From a virus: a stretch of DNA of 38,658 nucleotides. Numbering within the stretch: position 1 is the stretch's first letter; each line of letters begins with the position of its first letter. Made by a program: the position numbers and the translations under genes. Shown here piece by piece: positions 1 through 7,888 of this stretch. The stretch is from the IMG/VR virus record IMGVR_UViG_3300005076_000009; one strand, 5' to 3'. The notes under the pieces are model-generated. The model did no database searches and had not been told where the DNA came from. It worked only from the letters and a program-made list of their open reading frames with translations.

Positions 1-91
1 AGCCTGAAGTCCTTTAAAGACCTGGTGAAGCACGGTGTAGAGCAGGCCAAGCCGATGCACTATGCGCAGATGCAGATTTACATGCACGCCA
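1..91. repeat. Terminal overlap, identical to 38568..38658 (circular closure / permuted assembly)
   Basis: Base-by-base comparison shows that the 91 nt at the two window ends are identical. Confidence 0.95.
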
Positions 92-600
92 TGGGGCTGG
101 AGCGTGCGCTGTACTTCGCCGTGTGCAAAGACAACGATGAGCTTTACACCGAGCGCGTGAAGCTGTCTAAGCCCTTCGCAGAGCGGCTATTCAAGCGTGC
201 CGAGTACCTCACAACGACGGATCGCATGCCAGAGCCTCTAAGCAATGATTCGACATGGTACGAGTGCAAGTTTTGCCCAGCGTCCGGCATGTGCTTTTCC
301 AACAAGCCGACGCGCCGCGTAAACTGCCGGACGTGCGCCAAGTCCACCGCTACCGCAGACGGCAAGTGGCACTGCGCAGAGTGGGATGACTTCATCCCGA
401 CGAAAGCGCAGCATGCAGGATGCGGCCACCACGTACTGCACCCTGACCTTGTGCCGCTGCCGTTCGAGCCGACCGACGACGGCAAGACCATCATTTTTAA
501 GGTAGAAGGCGGCAAGCCGATAGTGAATGGCGCGAAAGAATGCGGCGGCATGCCGTCTGCTGAGTTCTTGGCGCAGTATGGTGATGGCGTGGAGTCGTAA
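1..600 (+). CDS. Cas4-like PD-(D/E)XK exonuclease, 3' part of a gene that wraps the junction (5' part 38181..38658; joined product about 328 aa)
   Basis: Position 1 is in frame with ATG 38181 through the overlap. Motifs seen: GSMDG...LEIKT (D..ExK), QMQIY, an N-terminal Cys (GHGC) and CKFCPASGMC (CX2CX5C) as in Cas4/AddB Fe-S nucleases. There is an extra Cys-rich C-terminal region. Confidence 0.8.
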   Translation, partial: SLKSFKDLVKHGVEQAKPMHYAQMQIYMHAMGLERALYFAVCKDNDELYTERVKLSKPFAERLFKRAEYLTTTDRMPEPLSNDSTWYECKFCPASGMCFSNKPTRRVNCRTCAKSTATADGKWHCAEWDDFIPTKAQHAGCGHHVLHPDLVPLPFEPTDDGKTIIFKVEGGKPIVNGAKECGGMPSAEFLAQYGDGVES

Positions 601-602
601 TC

Positions 603-2204
603 ATGCAGCTGCGTGACTATCAACAACGAACAATCGAAATGCTGTACGACTGGTTTCGGCAGAATCAGACCGGAAACCCGTGCCTGGTGCTGCCGACCGG
701 AGCGGGTAAGTCTGTTGTTATTGCATCGCTCGTGATGGACGCCATTACAAAATGGCCTGGCACGCGTGTAGCGATGGTGACAAATGCCAAGGAGCTGATC
801 GAACAGAATGCCGCCAAGGTCAAAAGCCTATGGCCCGAAGCGCCACTTGGCATTTTCTCGGCAAGCATCGGTGAAAAGATACTGCACCGGCCAATCACTT
901 TCGCCGGTATCCAGTCGATTTACAAGCACGCCGAGCAACTGGGGCATATTGACCTGCTGCTGATTGATGAGTGCCACCTAGTCAGCCACAAGGATGAGGG
1001 ACAGTATCGGCTGTTCATTGCCGCGCTGCTGGCTATCAATCCGCGCATGCGGGTGGTTGGCCTTACCGCCACGCCGTACCGGCTTGGCCACGGCATGATC
1101 CATGAAGGCGATGACGTGCTATTCACCGCGCTGATTGAGCCAGTGACGATTGAGGAGCTTGTTTATCGCGGCTTCCTTGCCCCGCTACGCAGCAAGGTGA
1201 CAGAGGCGTCCATCGATGTATCCGGCGTGGCCAAACGCGGCGGGGAGTACGTCGCAGGCCAGCTAGAAGCCGCTGTAGACAATGAGCAGACCACGCAGGC
1301 AATCGTTGCCGAGACGCTGCGCATTGCCTCGCACTGCCGGTCGATCATCTTTTTCTGCACCGGCGTTAGCCATGCCGAGCATATGGCGCAAGAGCTACAG
1401 CGACACGGCGTCACAGCTGCATGTATCACCGGCGCAACACCCAAAGGCGACAGGGAGCGGATCATTTACAAGTTCCGAGCCGGTGAAATCCGCTGCCTGA
1501 CCAATGCAAACGTGCTGACCACTGGCTTTGACGCGCCGGACATTGACTGCGTTGTCCTGGCCCGTCCTACGCTGTCACCTGCGCTTTATGTGCAGATGGC
1601 AGGTCGTGGCATGCGGCTAAAGTCACACACCGACCACTGCCTGGTGCTGGACTTCGCCGGAGCGGTTAAGGCGCATGGCCCGATTACCGCAGTGGAGCCA
1701 CCAAGCAAGCGCGGCATCGGGCAGGCACCGACGAAAGACTGCCCGCAGTGCCAAGAGATTGTCAGCGCGAACGCCAAGCAGTGCCATGTGTGCGGCCATG
1801 AGTTCCCGCAGAAAGAGCCGGAGCAGAAGAAGCCGAAAGAGTTTAGGCTGCACAACGACGACATTATGGGGCTGGCCCCGCTTGAGCTGGCTGTGACGGA
1901 CTGGAGTTGGCGCAAGCACGTCAGCCGCGCCACTGGAAAGGAAATGCTATCCGTGACGTACTACGGCGGCATGCAGGACGCGGTGACGGAGTATCTTTGC
2001 GTAGCGCATGAAGGCTGGGCCGGTCAGCGTGCTATGAAGCTGCTGCACCAGATGGCCACTAGGTCAGGCACCGATGCAAATGCCGTAATAACCGAGCATG
2101 ATCTGCAAGAGCTATCCGGCGTGATGAACAACGGCAAGCCGCCTAGTGTCGTGACGTACAAGCGAAAAGGCAAGTTTTTCGACGTAATTGACAGGAGTTG
2201 GTGA
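603..2204 (+). CDS. Superfamily-2 DEAD/DEAH-box DNA helicase with C-terminal zinc ribbon
   Basis: Walker A LPTGAGKS, DECH box, TATP and QMAGRGMR motifs, plus CPQC..CHVC. GGAG lies 8 nt upstream of the ATG. Confidence 0.85.
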   Translation: MQLRDYQQRTIEMLYDWFRQNQTGNPCLVLPTGAGKSVVIASLVMDAITKWPGTRVAMVTNAKELIEQNAAKVKSLWPEAPLGIFSASIGEKILHRPITFAGIQSIYKHAEQLGHIDLLLIDECHLVSHKDEGQYRLFIAALLAINPRMRVVGLTATPYRLGHGMIHEGDDVLFTALIEPVTIEELVYRGFLAPLRSKVTEASIDVSGVAKRGGEYVAGQLEAAVDNEQTTQAIVAETLRIASHCRSIIFFCTGVSHAEHMAQELQRHGVTAACITGATPKGDRERIIYKFRAGEIRCLTNANVLTTGFDAPDIDCVVLARPTLSPALYVQMAGRGMRLKSHTDHCLVLDFAGAVKAHGPITAVEPPSKRGIGQAPTKDCPQCQEIVSANAKQCHVCGHEFPQKEPEQKKPKEFRLHNDDIMGLAPLELAVTDWSWRKHVSRATGKEMLSVTYYGGMQDAVTEYLCVAHEGWAGQRAMKLLHQMATRSGTDANAVITEHDLQELSGVMNNGKPPSVVTYKRKGKFFDVIDRSW

Positions 2205-2205
2205 C

Positions 2206-2403
2206 ATGAACAAGCAAGAGTGGCTAATCGAGATCGGCGCAGCGCAAAAGCGTGTGCGATACCTGGAGACCATTGCGCCGCGCTGCGAGAACTGCATTTT
2301 CTTCGATGCGCACGGCTATTGCGAAAAGTTCGAGGCAGCGCCACCGGATCATGTGCAAAAGTCAGGCTGCGATGGTTGGCAATTTGACGGCGTACCGTTT
2401 TAA
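2206..2403 (+). CDS. Small Cys-rich hypothetical protein (65 aa)
   Basis: The ATG sits 1 nt after the helicase stop, with AGGAG upstream. The protein contains CENC...C...C. Confidence 0.55.
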   Translation: MNKQEWLIEIGAAQKRVRYLETIAPRCENCIFFDAHGYCEKFEAAPPDHVQKSGCDGWQFDGVPF

Positions 2404-2408
2404 TCTAG

Positions 2409-2437
2409 TTGACAGCTTGCAATCCATGCGCGATACT
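2409..2437 (+). promoter_or_regulatory. Sigma70-type promoter TTGACA-17-GATACT
   Basis: -35 at 2409-2414 and -10 at 2432-2437 with a 17-nt spacer. It lies in the only intergenic gap before the low-GC island. Confidence 0.6.
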
Positions 2438-2469
2438 GACACCAGTACCAACGACAAGGAGTAACAACC

Positions 2470-2577
2470 ATGCACCTAATTTTCATTCTGTTGCACCTGA
2501 TTTGCTTTTTCACTCTCCTGCCCGGTCTGGTAGTGACCATTCCGTTGCATATGATCTTTTTGAAGGTGGGTGGCTGA
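2470..2577 (+). CDS. 35-aa hydrophobic peptide (MHLIFILLHLICFFTLLPGLVVTIPLHMIFLKVGG)
   Basis: AAGGAG at 2456-2461 lies 8 nt before the ATG. Its TGA ends 1 nt before the ATG of the ParB-like gene. The ORF is below the 60-aa cutoff of the ORF track. Confidence 0.5.
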   Translation: MHLIFILLHLICFFTLLPGLVVTIPLHMIFLKVGG

Positions 2578-2578
2578 G

Positions 2579-3235
2579 ATGGACATTTCTAGCATCATTC
2601 AGCAGATTAAGGACTTGCCAATTGATGAGAAAGTTGAAGCTATCAATAGCATTCGTTCTCAGCTGCATGAGATTAGCCCATTCAAAACTGAGCCAGTTGA
2701 TTTTGTGCGATGGGTGAAGTCTGACAATGTTCACCAAAATGACTACAACCCGAACAGCGTGGCCCCGCCGGAAATGGAGCTTTTGCATCACTCTATTAAG
2801 AGTGATGGCTACACCCAGCCTATCGTGACGATGCCGCACGATGAGAAGTTCGAAGTAATTGACGGCTTTCATCGTCACAGGGTTGGAAAGGAGTGCCATG
2901 ACATTCAGCAGCGCGTGCACGGATACCTTCCGCTTGTCGCTGTTTCTGCAGATCGATTTGACAAGAACGATCGCATGGCAGCAACAATTCGCCACAACAG
3001 GGCTAGGGGCAAGCACAAAGTCGAAGCAATGTCTGACATTGTGGTTGAGCTTAAACGTCGATTCTGGAGCGATGAAAAAATTGCCAAGGAGCTGGGCATG
3101 GAGCCGGACGAAGTTCTGCGCTTGCAACAGGTAACCGGCCTGGCCACGCTTTTTGCTGATCGCGAGTTTTCCGAAGCGTGGGAAGCGGAATCGTTCACGG
3201 GTGATGACGAACAGGAAATGATTGATGAAGATTAA
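2579..3235 (+). CDS. ParB/Srx N-terminal-domain protein, IbrB-like
   Basis: YNPNSV...VIDGFHRH...RHNRARGKH motifs typical of ParB-like nuclease-domain proteins. The size and the pairing with a PAPS-reductase-family gene fit the family. The track start at 2570 is a GTG; I prefer ATG 2579, which is coupled to the upstream peptide. Confidence 0.7.
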   Translation: MDISSIIQQIKDLPIDEKVEAINSIRSQLHEISPFKTEPVDFVRWVKSDNVHQNDYNPNSVAPPEMELLHHSIKSDGYTQPIVTMPHDEKFEVIDGFHRHRVGKECHDIQQRVHGYLPLVAVSADRFDKNDRMAATIRHNRARGKHKVEAMSDIVVELKRRFWSDEKIAKELGMEPDEVLRLQQVTGLATLFADREFSEAWEAESFTGDDEQEMIDED

Positions 3236-3614
3236 GCGAGTTTTTCACAGGTGGGAGAAATGCGAAGAGTACAAAACAAACATGTGGAGATCGGTTCCAA
3301 TTGAGGCGCGAGACAGATATGTCACTGCATCCAGAAACTTGATGCTTGATTGCGAAGCTTTTGAGTCGGCGATGCGGCGTGCAGTTGATGAGTGGGTATT
3401 CTCGTGCGAGGCGGCACTGACCGCATCGACCATGAATCATCAGGCATGGATTGGGCATGCAGGATGCGCAATAAACCACAATGCCCCAGAAGATTTAACA
3501 AGGCAGGCATGGCGAATGCTGACAAAAGATCAGCAAGATAGGGCAAATGCAGCAGCCGATCGCGCCATAGCATACTGGAAAGACAAGTACATGAGGATGA
3601 TGAAAGATGCCTAA
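3225..3614 (+). CDS. Hypothetical protein (129 aa) embedded between the IbrB-like and IbrA-like genes
   Basis: ATG 3225 has AGGAA 6 nt upstream. It overlaps both neighbours. I recognise no motif. Confidence 0.6.
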   Translation: MKIKRVFHRWEKCEEYKTNMWRSVPIEARDRYVTASRNLMLDCEAFESAMRRAVDEWVFSCEAALTASTMNHQAWIGHAGCAINHNAPEDLTRQAWRMLTKDQQDRANAAADRAIAYWKDKYMRMMKDA

Positions 3615-4836
3615 ACGTGGAATTGGTATTGATGTTTTTACTGCGGCAAAGCAGCGTATCGAATGGACGTTTGACAACTTTGAGCGCATCTATCTTTCAT
3701 TTAGTGCTGGGAAAGACTCTGCTGTAATGCTGCACATGGTTATGGATGAGGCTGCGCGCAGGAATAGAAAGATCGGCGTATTCTTCATTGACTGGGAGTG
3801 CCAGATCGGACTTACCATCGATTTTGCCAAAGAAATGTACGAAAAGTACGCAGAATGGATCGAGCCGTACTGGGTTGCACTTCCAATCAAAACGTGGAAC
3901 ACATGCAGCCAGTACGAGCCTGAATGGACGGCATGGGATACGACAAAGCGTGATCTGTGGGTTCGCCAGCCTGAGAAGATCAGCATTACAGACATGGACT
4001 TTTTCCCGTTTTACTATGAGGGGATGCCGTTCGAGGAGTTTGTACCAGCATTTGGAGAATGGTATGCGCAGGGCAAGTCATGTGCTTGCTTTGTCGGCAT
4101 TCGCGCGGATGAAAGCTTGAACCGTTTCCGCACGGTTGCCAGGTCAGACAAGCCGACCATTGGTGGCAGGATGTGGACAACGAATGCCGTCGCCGATGTG
4201 TGGAACATTTACCCAATCTATGACTGGAAAACCGATGACATATGGACTTACTTCGGCAAAGAGCGCAGGCCGTACAACAAGCTTTATGACCGAATGTATC
4301 AGGCCGGTATGAAAATTAGCCAGATGCGGATATGCGAGCCGTTTGGCGACGAGGCGAGGAAGGGGCTGTGGCTTTATCAGGTGGTTGATCCTGCGATGTG
4401 GGCAAAAGTTTCGCTTCGAGTTGCTGGAGCCAACACCGGAATGCAGTACTGCCAGGAAAAGGGGGCCGTACTGGGCAATCATCACATTGCACTTCCGGAA
4501 GGCCACACGTACGAAAGTTTTGCCAATCACTTGCTGAATACCATGCCGCCAAGAACCGCAGAGCATTACAAAAACAAGCTGGCCGTATATCTGAAATGGT
4601 GGTCAAAGCGCGGATACGAGGATGGAATACCTGACTTTGCCGAAGTCAGACTAGAGAGTGCAGGGAAGGTGCCAAGCTGGCGAAAAATATGCAAAACCTT
4701 CCTGCGCAATGATTACTGGTGCAAAGGCTTGGGTTTTAGCCCAACAAAGAGCAGCGCATACCAAAAGTATACGGAGCTTATGAAGAAGCGACGCGCCGAG
4801 TGGGGAATTTTTAAGCCGGAGGACGCCCAGCTATGA
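3607..4836 (+). CDS. PAPS-reductase-family PP-loop ATP pyrophosphatase, IbrA-like (409 aa)
   Basis: SFSAGKDS PP-loop near the N-terminus and a long C-terminal extension, as in IbrA/DUF3440-type proteins. Confidence 0.75.
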   Translation: MPKRGIGIDVFTAAKQRIEWTFDNFERIYLSFSAGKDSAVMLHMVMDEAARRNRKIGVFFIDWECQIGLTIDFAKEMYEKYAEWIEPYWVALPIKTWNTCSQYEPEWTAWDTTKRDLWVRQPEKISITDMDFFPFYYEGMPFEEFVPAFGEWYAQGKSCACFVGIRADESLNRFRTVARSDKPTIGGRMWTTNAVADVWNIYPIYDWKTDDIWTYFGKERRPYNKLYDRMYQAGMKISQMRICEPFGDEARKGLWLYQVVDPAMWAKVSLRVAGANTGMQYCQEKGAVLGNHHIALPEGHTYESFANHLLNTMPPRTAEHYKNKLAVYLKWWSKRGYEDGIPDFAEVRLESAGKVPSWRKICKTFLRNDYWCKGLGFSPTKSSAYQKYTELMKKRRAEWGIFKPEDAQL

Positions 4837-5141
4837 CCACCGCCGCCCGCCACAAGCAATGGCTAACAGAGCGCTTTAAGTTCGATCTGGCGGCACTTGA
4901 TGCTGCTGGTGATGTGATACGCGCCCACGAGCGCTACGCCGCTGCAAATGGCCTTTGTAGGCCGTGCTTGTGCAGCCAGTCGCATGGCCTTGAAGTGTGG
5001 GTGACTGCGCCGTACAAGGCCAGCGCTGAGAGTGTGAGAGACATAGCCGATGCGCCGGTTTATGTGTGTGAGTTTGAAGGTTTTAACATCAATGTGAGGT
5101 TCGACCCAAATGCAAGTCAAAGTCAAAAAGCTACATCCTGA
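4833..5141 (+). CDS. Hypothetical protein (102 aa)
   Basis: ATGA start/stop overlap with the upstream gene. GC content returns to the genome-typical high level here. Confidence 0.55.
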   Translation: MTTAARHKQWLTERFKFDLAALDAAGDVIRAHERYAAANGLCRPCLCSQSHGLEVWVTAPYKASAESVRDIADAPVYVCEFEGFNINVRFDPNASQSQKATS

Positions 5142-5565
5142 TGCCATCCTGCCGCAGTACGCTACCGCCGGCGCGGCGTGTTTTGATCTGCATGCGCTGA
5201 CGGTTGACGATGCGTATGCGCTTGGTGCGCATGTTACCGAATCCCGCCCCGTCGTGTGCGGCACTGGCCTTGCCTTTGAAGTACCTGAAGGCTATGCGCT
5301 GATGGTGTACAGCCGCAGCGGACACGGCTTCAGGTTTAATACCCGTCTTTGTAACGCGGTTGGAATCCTGGACAGTGACTATCGCGGGGAGCTGATGGTA
5401 AAACTTACGTGCGACAACGATGATGACGCTTATCTTTCCGTCAAGCCAGGCGACCGCATCGCCCAGGCCATGATCGTGCCCGTTCCGCGTGTTGAGCTAG
5501 TCGAGGCGGACAGCCTGGGCGAGACTGATCGCGGGGCTGGTGGCTTTGGGAGTACTGGCGCATAA
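5110..5565 (+). CDS. dut: dUTP diphosphatase
   Basis: Motifs AGAACFDL, GILDSDYRGEL and RGAGGFGSTG in a 151-aa protein. Confidence 0.93.
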   Translation: MQVKVKKLHPDAILPQYATAGAACFDLHALTVDDAYALGAHVTESRPVVCGTGLAFEVPEGYALMVYSRSGHGFRFNTRLCNAVGILDSDYRGELMVKLTCDNDDDAYLSVKPGDRIAQAMIVPVPRVELVEADSLGETDRGAGGFGSTGA

Positions 5566-5573
5566 AAACCACA

Positions 5574-5595
5574 CCCGCAGAAATGCGGGTTTTTC
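5574..5595 (+). terminator. Rho-independent terminator CCCGCA-GAAA-TGCGGG-TTTTT
   Basis: A perfect 6-bp stem with a GNRA loop and a T-run, immediately after the dut stop. Confidence 0.75.
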
Positions 5596-5608
5596 TTGCG
5601 ATGATGTG

Positions 5609-5637
5609 TTGACGGATTGCAAGCGTGGGGCTATAGT
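5609..5637 (+). promoter_or_regulatory. Sigma70-type promoter TTGACG-17-TATAGT
   Basis: -35 at 5609-5614 and -10 at 5632-5637, directly after the terminator. Confidence 0.7.
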
Positions 5638-5673
5638 ACACACATCAACAACGCAAAAACGAAGGAAAGCAAA

Positions 5674-5862
5674 ATGAACATGGCAACCATGGCCCGCGAA
5701 GAGTGCAGGGCCACAAAAGAAGAGCGCGCATTTTCTGCGTGGCGCGCCAAAGTGGAAAACCTGCTCCACCGTGAAGTGGATGAAGACGACGCGCTTGATC
5801 TGTACCTAGACGGCTGCACAGCGGAAGAAGCAGCCGAAGAAATCGGCGGCAACGCGCGGTAA
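5674..5862 (+). CDS. Hypothetical acidic protein (62 aa)
   Basis: AAGGAAAG precedes ATG 5674. The track start at 5617 lies inside the promoter. Confidence 0.55.
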   Translation: MNMATMAREECRATKEERAFSAWRAKVENLLHREVDEDDALDLYLDGCTAEEAAEEIGGNAR

Positions 5863-5904
5863 CAACAACCCCAGGCCGCCACGGCGGCCAGCAAAGGAAA
5901 AATC

Positions 5905-6249
5905 ATGGAACAAAACATCATCACCCTGGAAAACTGCACAGCCAACGCGGTATCTGCAACAGAACTGAAAGAAGCCTGCGCACCGGCAAAGCGCGGCACC
6001 ACGCTGGCCGAGCGCTGGGCGGAGTTCTGGAGCCGCCGTGCTGCCCGACTGCTGCGCCAGGATCTGGCACGCGAACGCGCCATGCTAGATAGTTTGGATG
6101 ACCGAGCACGCGATAAGAAGCACCACGCCCAGCAAACGTACAGCGTCGCACTGGTTGAGATTGACAGCTGGCGCGACCAGACAGCCGCATCGTGCAAGCT
6201 GGAGATTGCACGTATCAAAGCGAAGCTGGCATTGATGGGTGAAGAATAA
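5905..6249 (+). CDS. Hypothetical coiled-coil protein (114 aa)
   Basis: AAAGGAAA precedes the ATG. Confidence 0.55.
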   Translation: MEQNIITLENCTANAVSATELKEACAPAKRGTTLAERWAEFWSRRAARLLRQDLARERAMLDSLDDRARDKKHHAQQTYSVALVEIDSWRDQTAASCKLEIARIKAKLALMGEE

Positions 6250-6431
6250 TGAAATTCAAATCGTCACAACAGCGGCGCCATGACTACCTAGACATGATCG
6301 ACCGCCGGAGCCATTTCATGCTGCCGGAGCAGAAAGTACCTGGCGTTTCCGCCGACGTGGTGAAACGACGCAGGGAGTTGCAAGCGGCACGCGAGGAGCG
6401 CGTTCACACGCGGGAGGTGTGGGAGGAATGA
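6249..6431 (+). CDS. Hypothetical protein (60 aa)
   Basis: TAATG stop/start overlap with the upstream ORF. Confidence 0.5.
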   Translation: MKFKSSQQRRHDYLDMIDRRSHFMLPEQKVPGVSADVVKRRRELQAAREERVHTREVWEE

Positions 6432-6808
6432 GTTTGCAATGCTTGGTCAATCAGATACTTAACATGCCGGACAAGGCCGAGCCACCGCCCAAAAAGCCGA
6501 TGGCGAAAGGGTCGGCATCGGTGGCATACGCGAAAGCCATCAGATCCGGTGCGCTGACATACAGCGGTGCGTCATGTGTGCGGTGCGGAAGCTGCAAGCG
6601 GTACACAAAAAACCGCGCCTGCGTGCAGTGCGACAAGGCTGGCGGCGTGTACAAGAGCGAGTACACGCTGGCGCGTGAAAACAAGTCCAAGGCGAAAGCC
6701 AATGGCGATGCGACATATATTGGCAGGCCATGCAAAGAGTGCGGCGGCACTGAGCGTCGCACATCAACAAGCGATTGCATGGCATGTCAAAGAAAGGCGA
6801 AGAGATGA
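6428..6808 (+). CDS. Hypothetical protein with two CxxC..CxxC zinc-ribbon-like repeats
   Basis: ATGA overlap at 6428 with GGGAGG upstream. Repeats seen: CVRCGSC..CVQC and CKECGG..CMAC. Confidence 0.55.
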   Translation: MSLQCLVNQILNMPDKAEPPPKKPMAKGSASVAYAKAIRSGALTYSGASCVRCGSCKRYTKNRACVQCDKAGGVYKSEYTLARENKSKAKANGDATYIGRPCKECGGTERRTSTSDCMACQRKAKR

Positions 6809-7257
6809 AGAAGCGACACGTAGGAAATCCATTGCAAATGCTGGCCGGACAGCAGCCGCTAGGCGCATCGGCAGACGATCAAATCCTGCCATTCCTTCTG
6901 CACTTTGAAGAGGTGCGAGCCGGTTACGGTTACGGCGAGAGTATCCGCACCGTCACGATCTACCTGCACGCGATGCTGTCGTGCGTGAATAACACCGCCA
7001 CCAAGAAAAATGAAACCTTGGTTCGCTATATGGCAGAGGCTGGAAAGGCATGGATGGCGTGCGGAGAAAAGTCGGATGCGGCAGGGCTTGATGACCGCAT
7101 CGTGCTGACCGGCGACGCAATGCAGACCATCAGCCGAGCTATCCGCGTGTTCCTGATGGTAATGCCGCAGGTAAAACTGTACGTCTGGACGGGTGCCATT
7201 CTGCGCGCTGCCGAACTATGGCAACAGCGCGTTGATAGTGTGCAAAGGGCATGCTAA
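6805..7257 (+). CDS. Hypothetical protein (150 aa)
   Basis: ATGA overlap at 6805. I recognise no motif. Confidence 0.55.
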   Translation: MKKRHVGNPLQMLAGQQPLGASADDQILPFLLHFEEVRAGYGYGESIRTVTIYLHAMLSCVNNTATKKNETLVRYMAEAGKAWMACGEKSDAAGLDDRIVLTGDAMQTISRAIRVFLMVMPQVKLYVWTGAILRAAELWQQRVDSVQRAC

Positions 7258-7260
7258 AAT
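7232..7260 (+). promoter_or_regulatory. Sigma70-type promoter TTGATA-17-(TGc)TAAAAT
   Basis: -35 at 7232-7237 and an extended -10 at 7252-7260. The motif TATCAACTA follows at 7267-7275. Confidence 0.6.
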
Positions 7261-7288
7261 GCACGGTATCAACTACTGAGGCATGAGC

Positions 7289-7540
7289 ATGACTTACGAA
7301 GAACGACAAGCAAAGTGGCAGGAACTGCTGGCGCAAGTGCCGGAGCATGGGCCGTACAAGCACGCCATTGGCGATAGCCGGATCACTTATCTGGCTAACC
7401 GAATGGGCCTGAAAAACCAGACGCTGCGCAAATGGCAGTGCAACACATCGCAGGGCATCGTGCGCTATCCGCCGCCGAGCGAAGGCTTGCTAAACCTGCT
7501 GCAAGGCTTTATTGAACTATCAAGGAAGATCGGATGGTAG
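7289..7540 (+). CDS. Hypothetical protein, possible HTH (83 aa)
   Basis: GAGG lies 7 nt before ATG 7289 (alternative ATG at 7283). The ITYLANRMGLKNQTLRKW segment looks HTH-like. Confidence 0.5.
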   Translation: MTYEERQAKWQELLAQVPEHGPYKHAIGDSRITYLANRMGLKNQTLRKWQCNTSQGIVRYPPPSEGLLNLLQGFIELSRKIGW

Positions 7541-7719
7541 ACAAGATCCCGACAACCGACGCGCTACTGCTGAAACCGGCCACCCGGTTTCCAGTACCGC
7601 CGCATGACAAGCTTATTGTCAGCAACAAAGCGCTGGGCGTTTCAATCATCGGCAAGTTTCAGCAAGGGTTCCATACGCACTGGTGCGAGTTGCCTAAATA
7701 CATGAGTGAGGAAGAATGA
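7534..7719 (+). CDS. Hypothetical protein (61 aa)
   Basis: AAGGAAG precedes ATG 7534, and the ORF overlaps the upstream stop. Confidence 0.5.
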   Translation: MVDKIPTTDALLLKPATRFPVPPHDKLIVSNKALGVSIIGKFQQGFHTHWCELPKYMSEEE

Positions 7720-7844
7720 CATACCTGCAAATCGCTGGAGCAATCGTAGCCGTAATCGCAACGCTGGGCGCTATCTTTCTGGCGTATCACGAAAAAGACG
7801 GCTGGGGCTGGTTGATCTTTTTGGCAACTGTGCCATTCCTTTGA
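7716..7844 (+). CDS. Small membrane protein (42 aa)
   Basis: ATGA overlap at 7716. The product MTYLQIAGAIVAVIATLGAIFLAYHEKDGWGWLIFLATVPFL has two hydrophobic segments. The ORF is below the track cutoff. Confidence 0.45.
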   Translation: MTYLQIAGAIVAVIATLGAIFLAYHEKDGWGWLIFLATVPFL

Positions 7845-7888
7845 AAACAACGACTCGCCGCTGATCGACATTGACATTAAAAAGACTG

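Noticed and set aside
1-91. Terminal 91-bp repeat as a genuine direct terminal repeat or cos-type end
   Set aside because: The repeat falls in the middle of an uninterrupted coding frame and has no flanking packaging signals. It is more simply an assembly overlap of a circularly permuted genome.
2510-3127. 205-aa minus-strand ORF opposite the ParB-like gene
   Set aside because: It has no SD. The opposite strand encodes a protein with clear ParB-domain motifs and tight operon coupling.
2579-3235. ParB-domain gene as evidence for a plasmid-prophage partition system
   Set aside because: There is no ParA ATPase and no parS-like repeats nearby. The gene is paired with a PAPS-reductase-family gene, which fits the IbrB/IbrA type instead.
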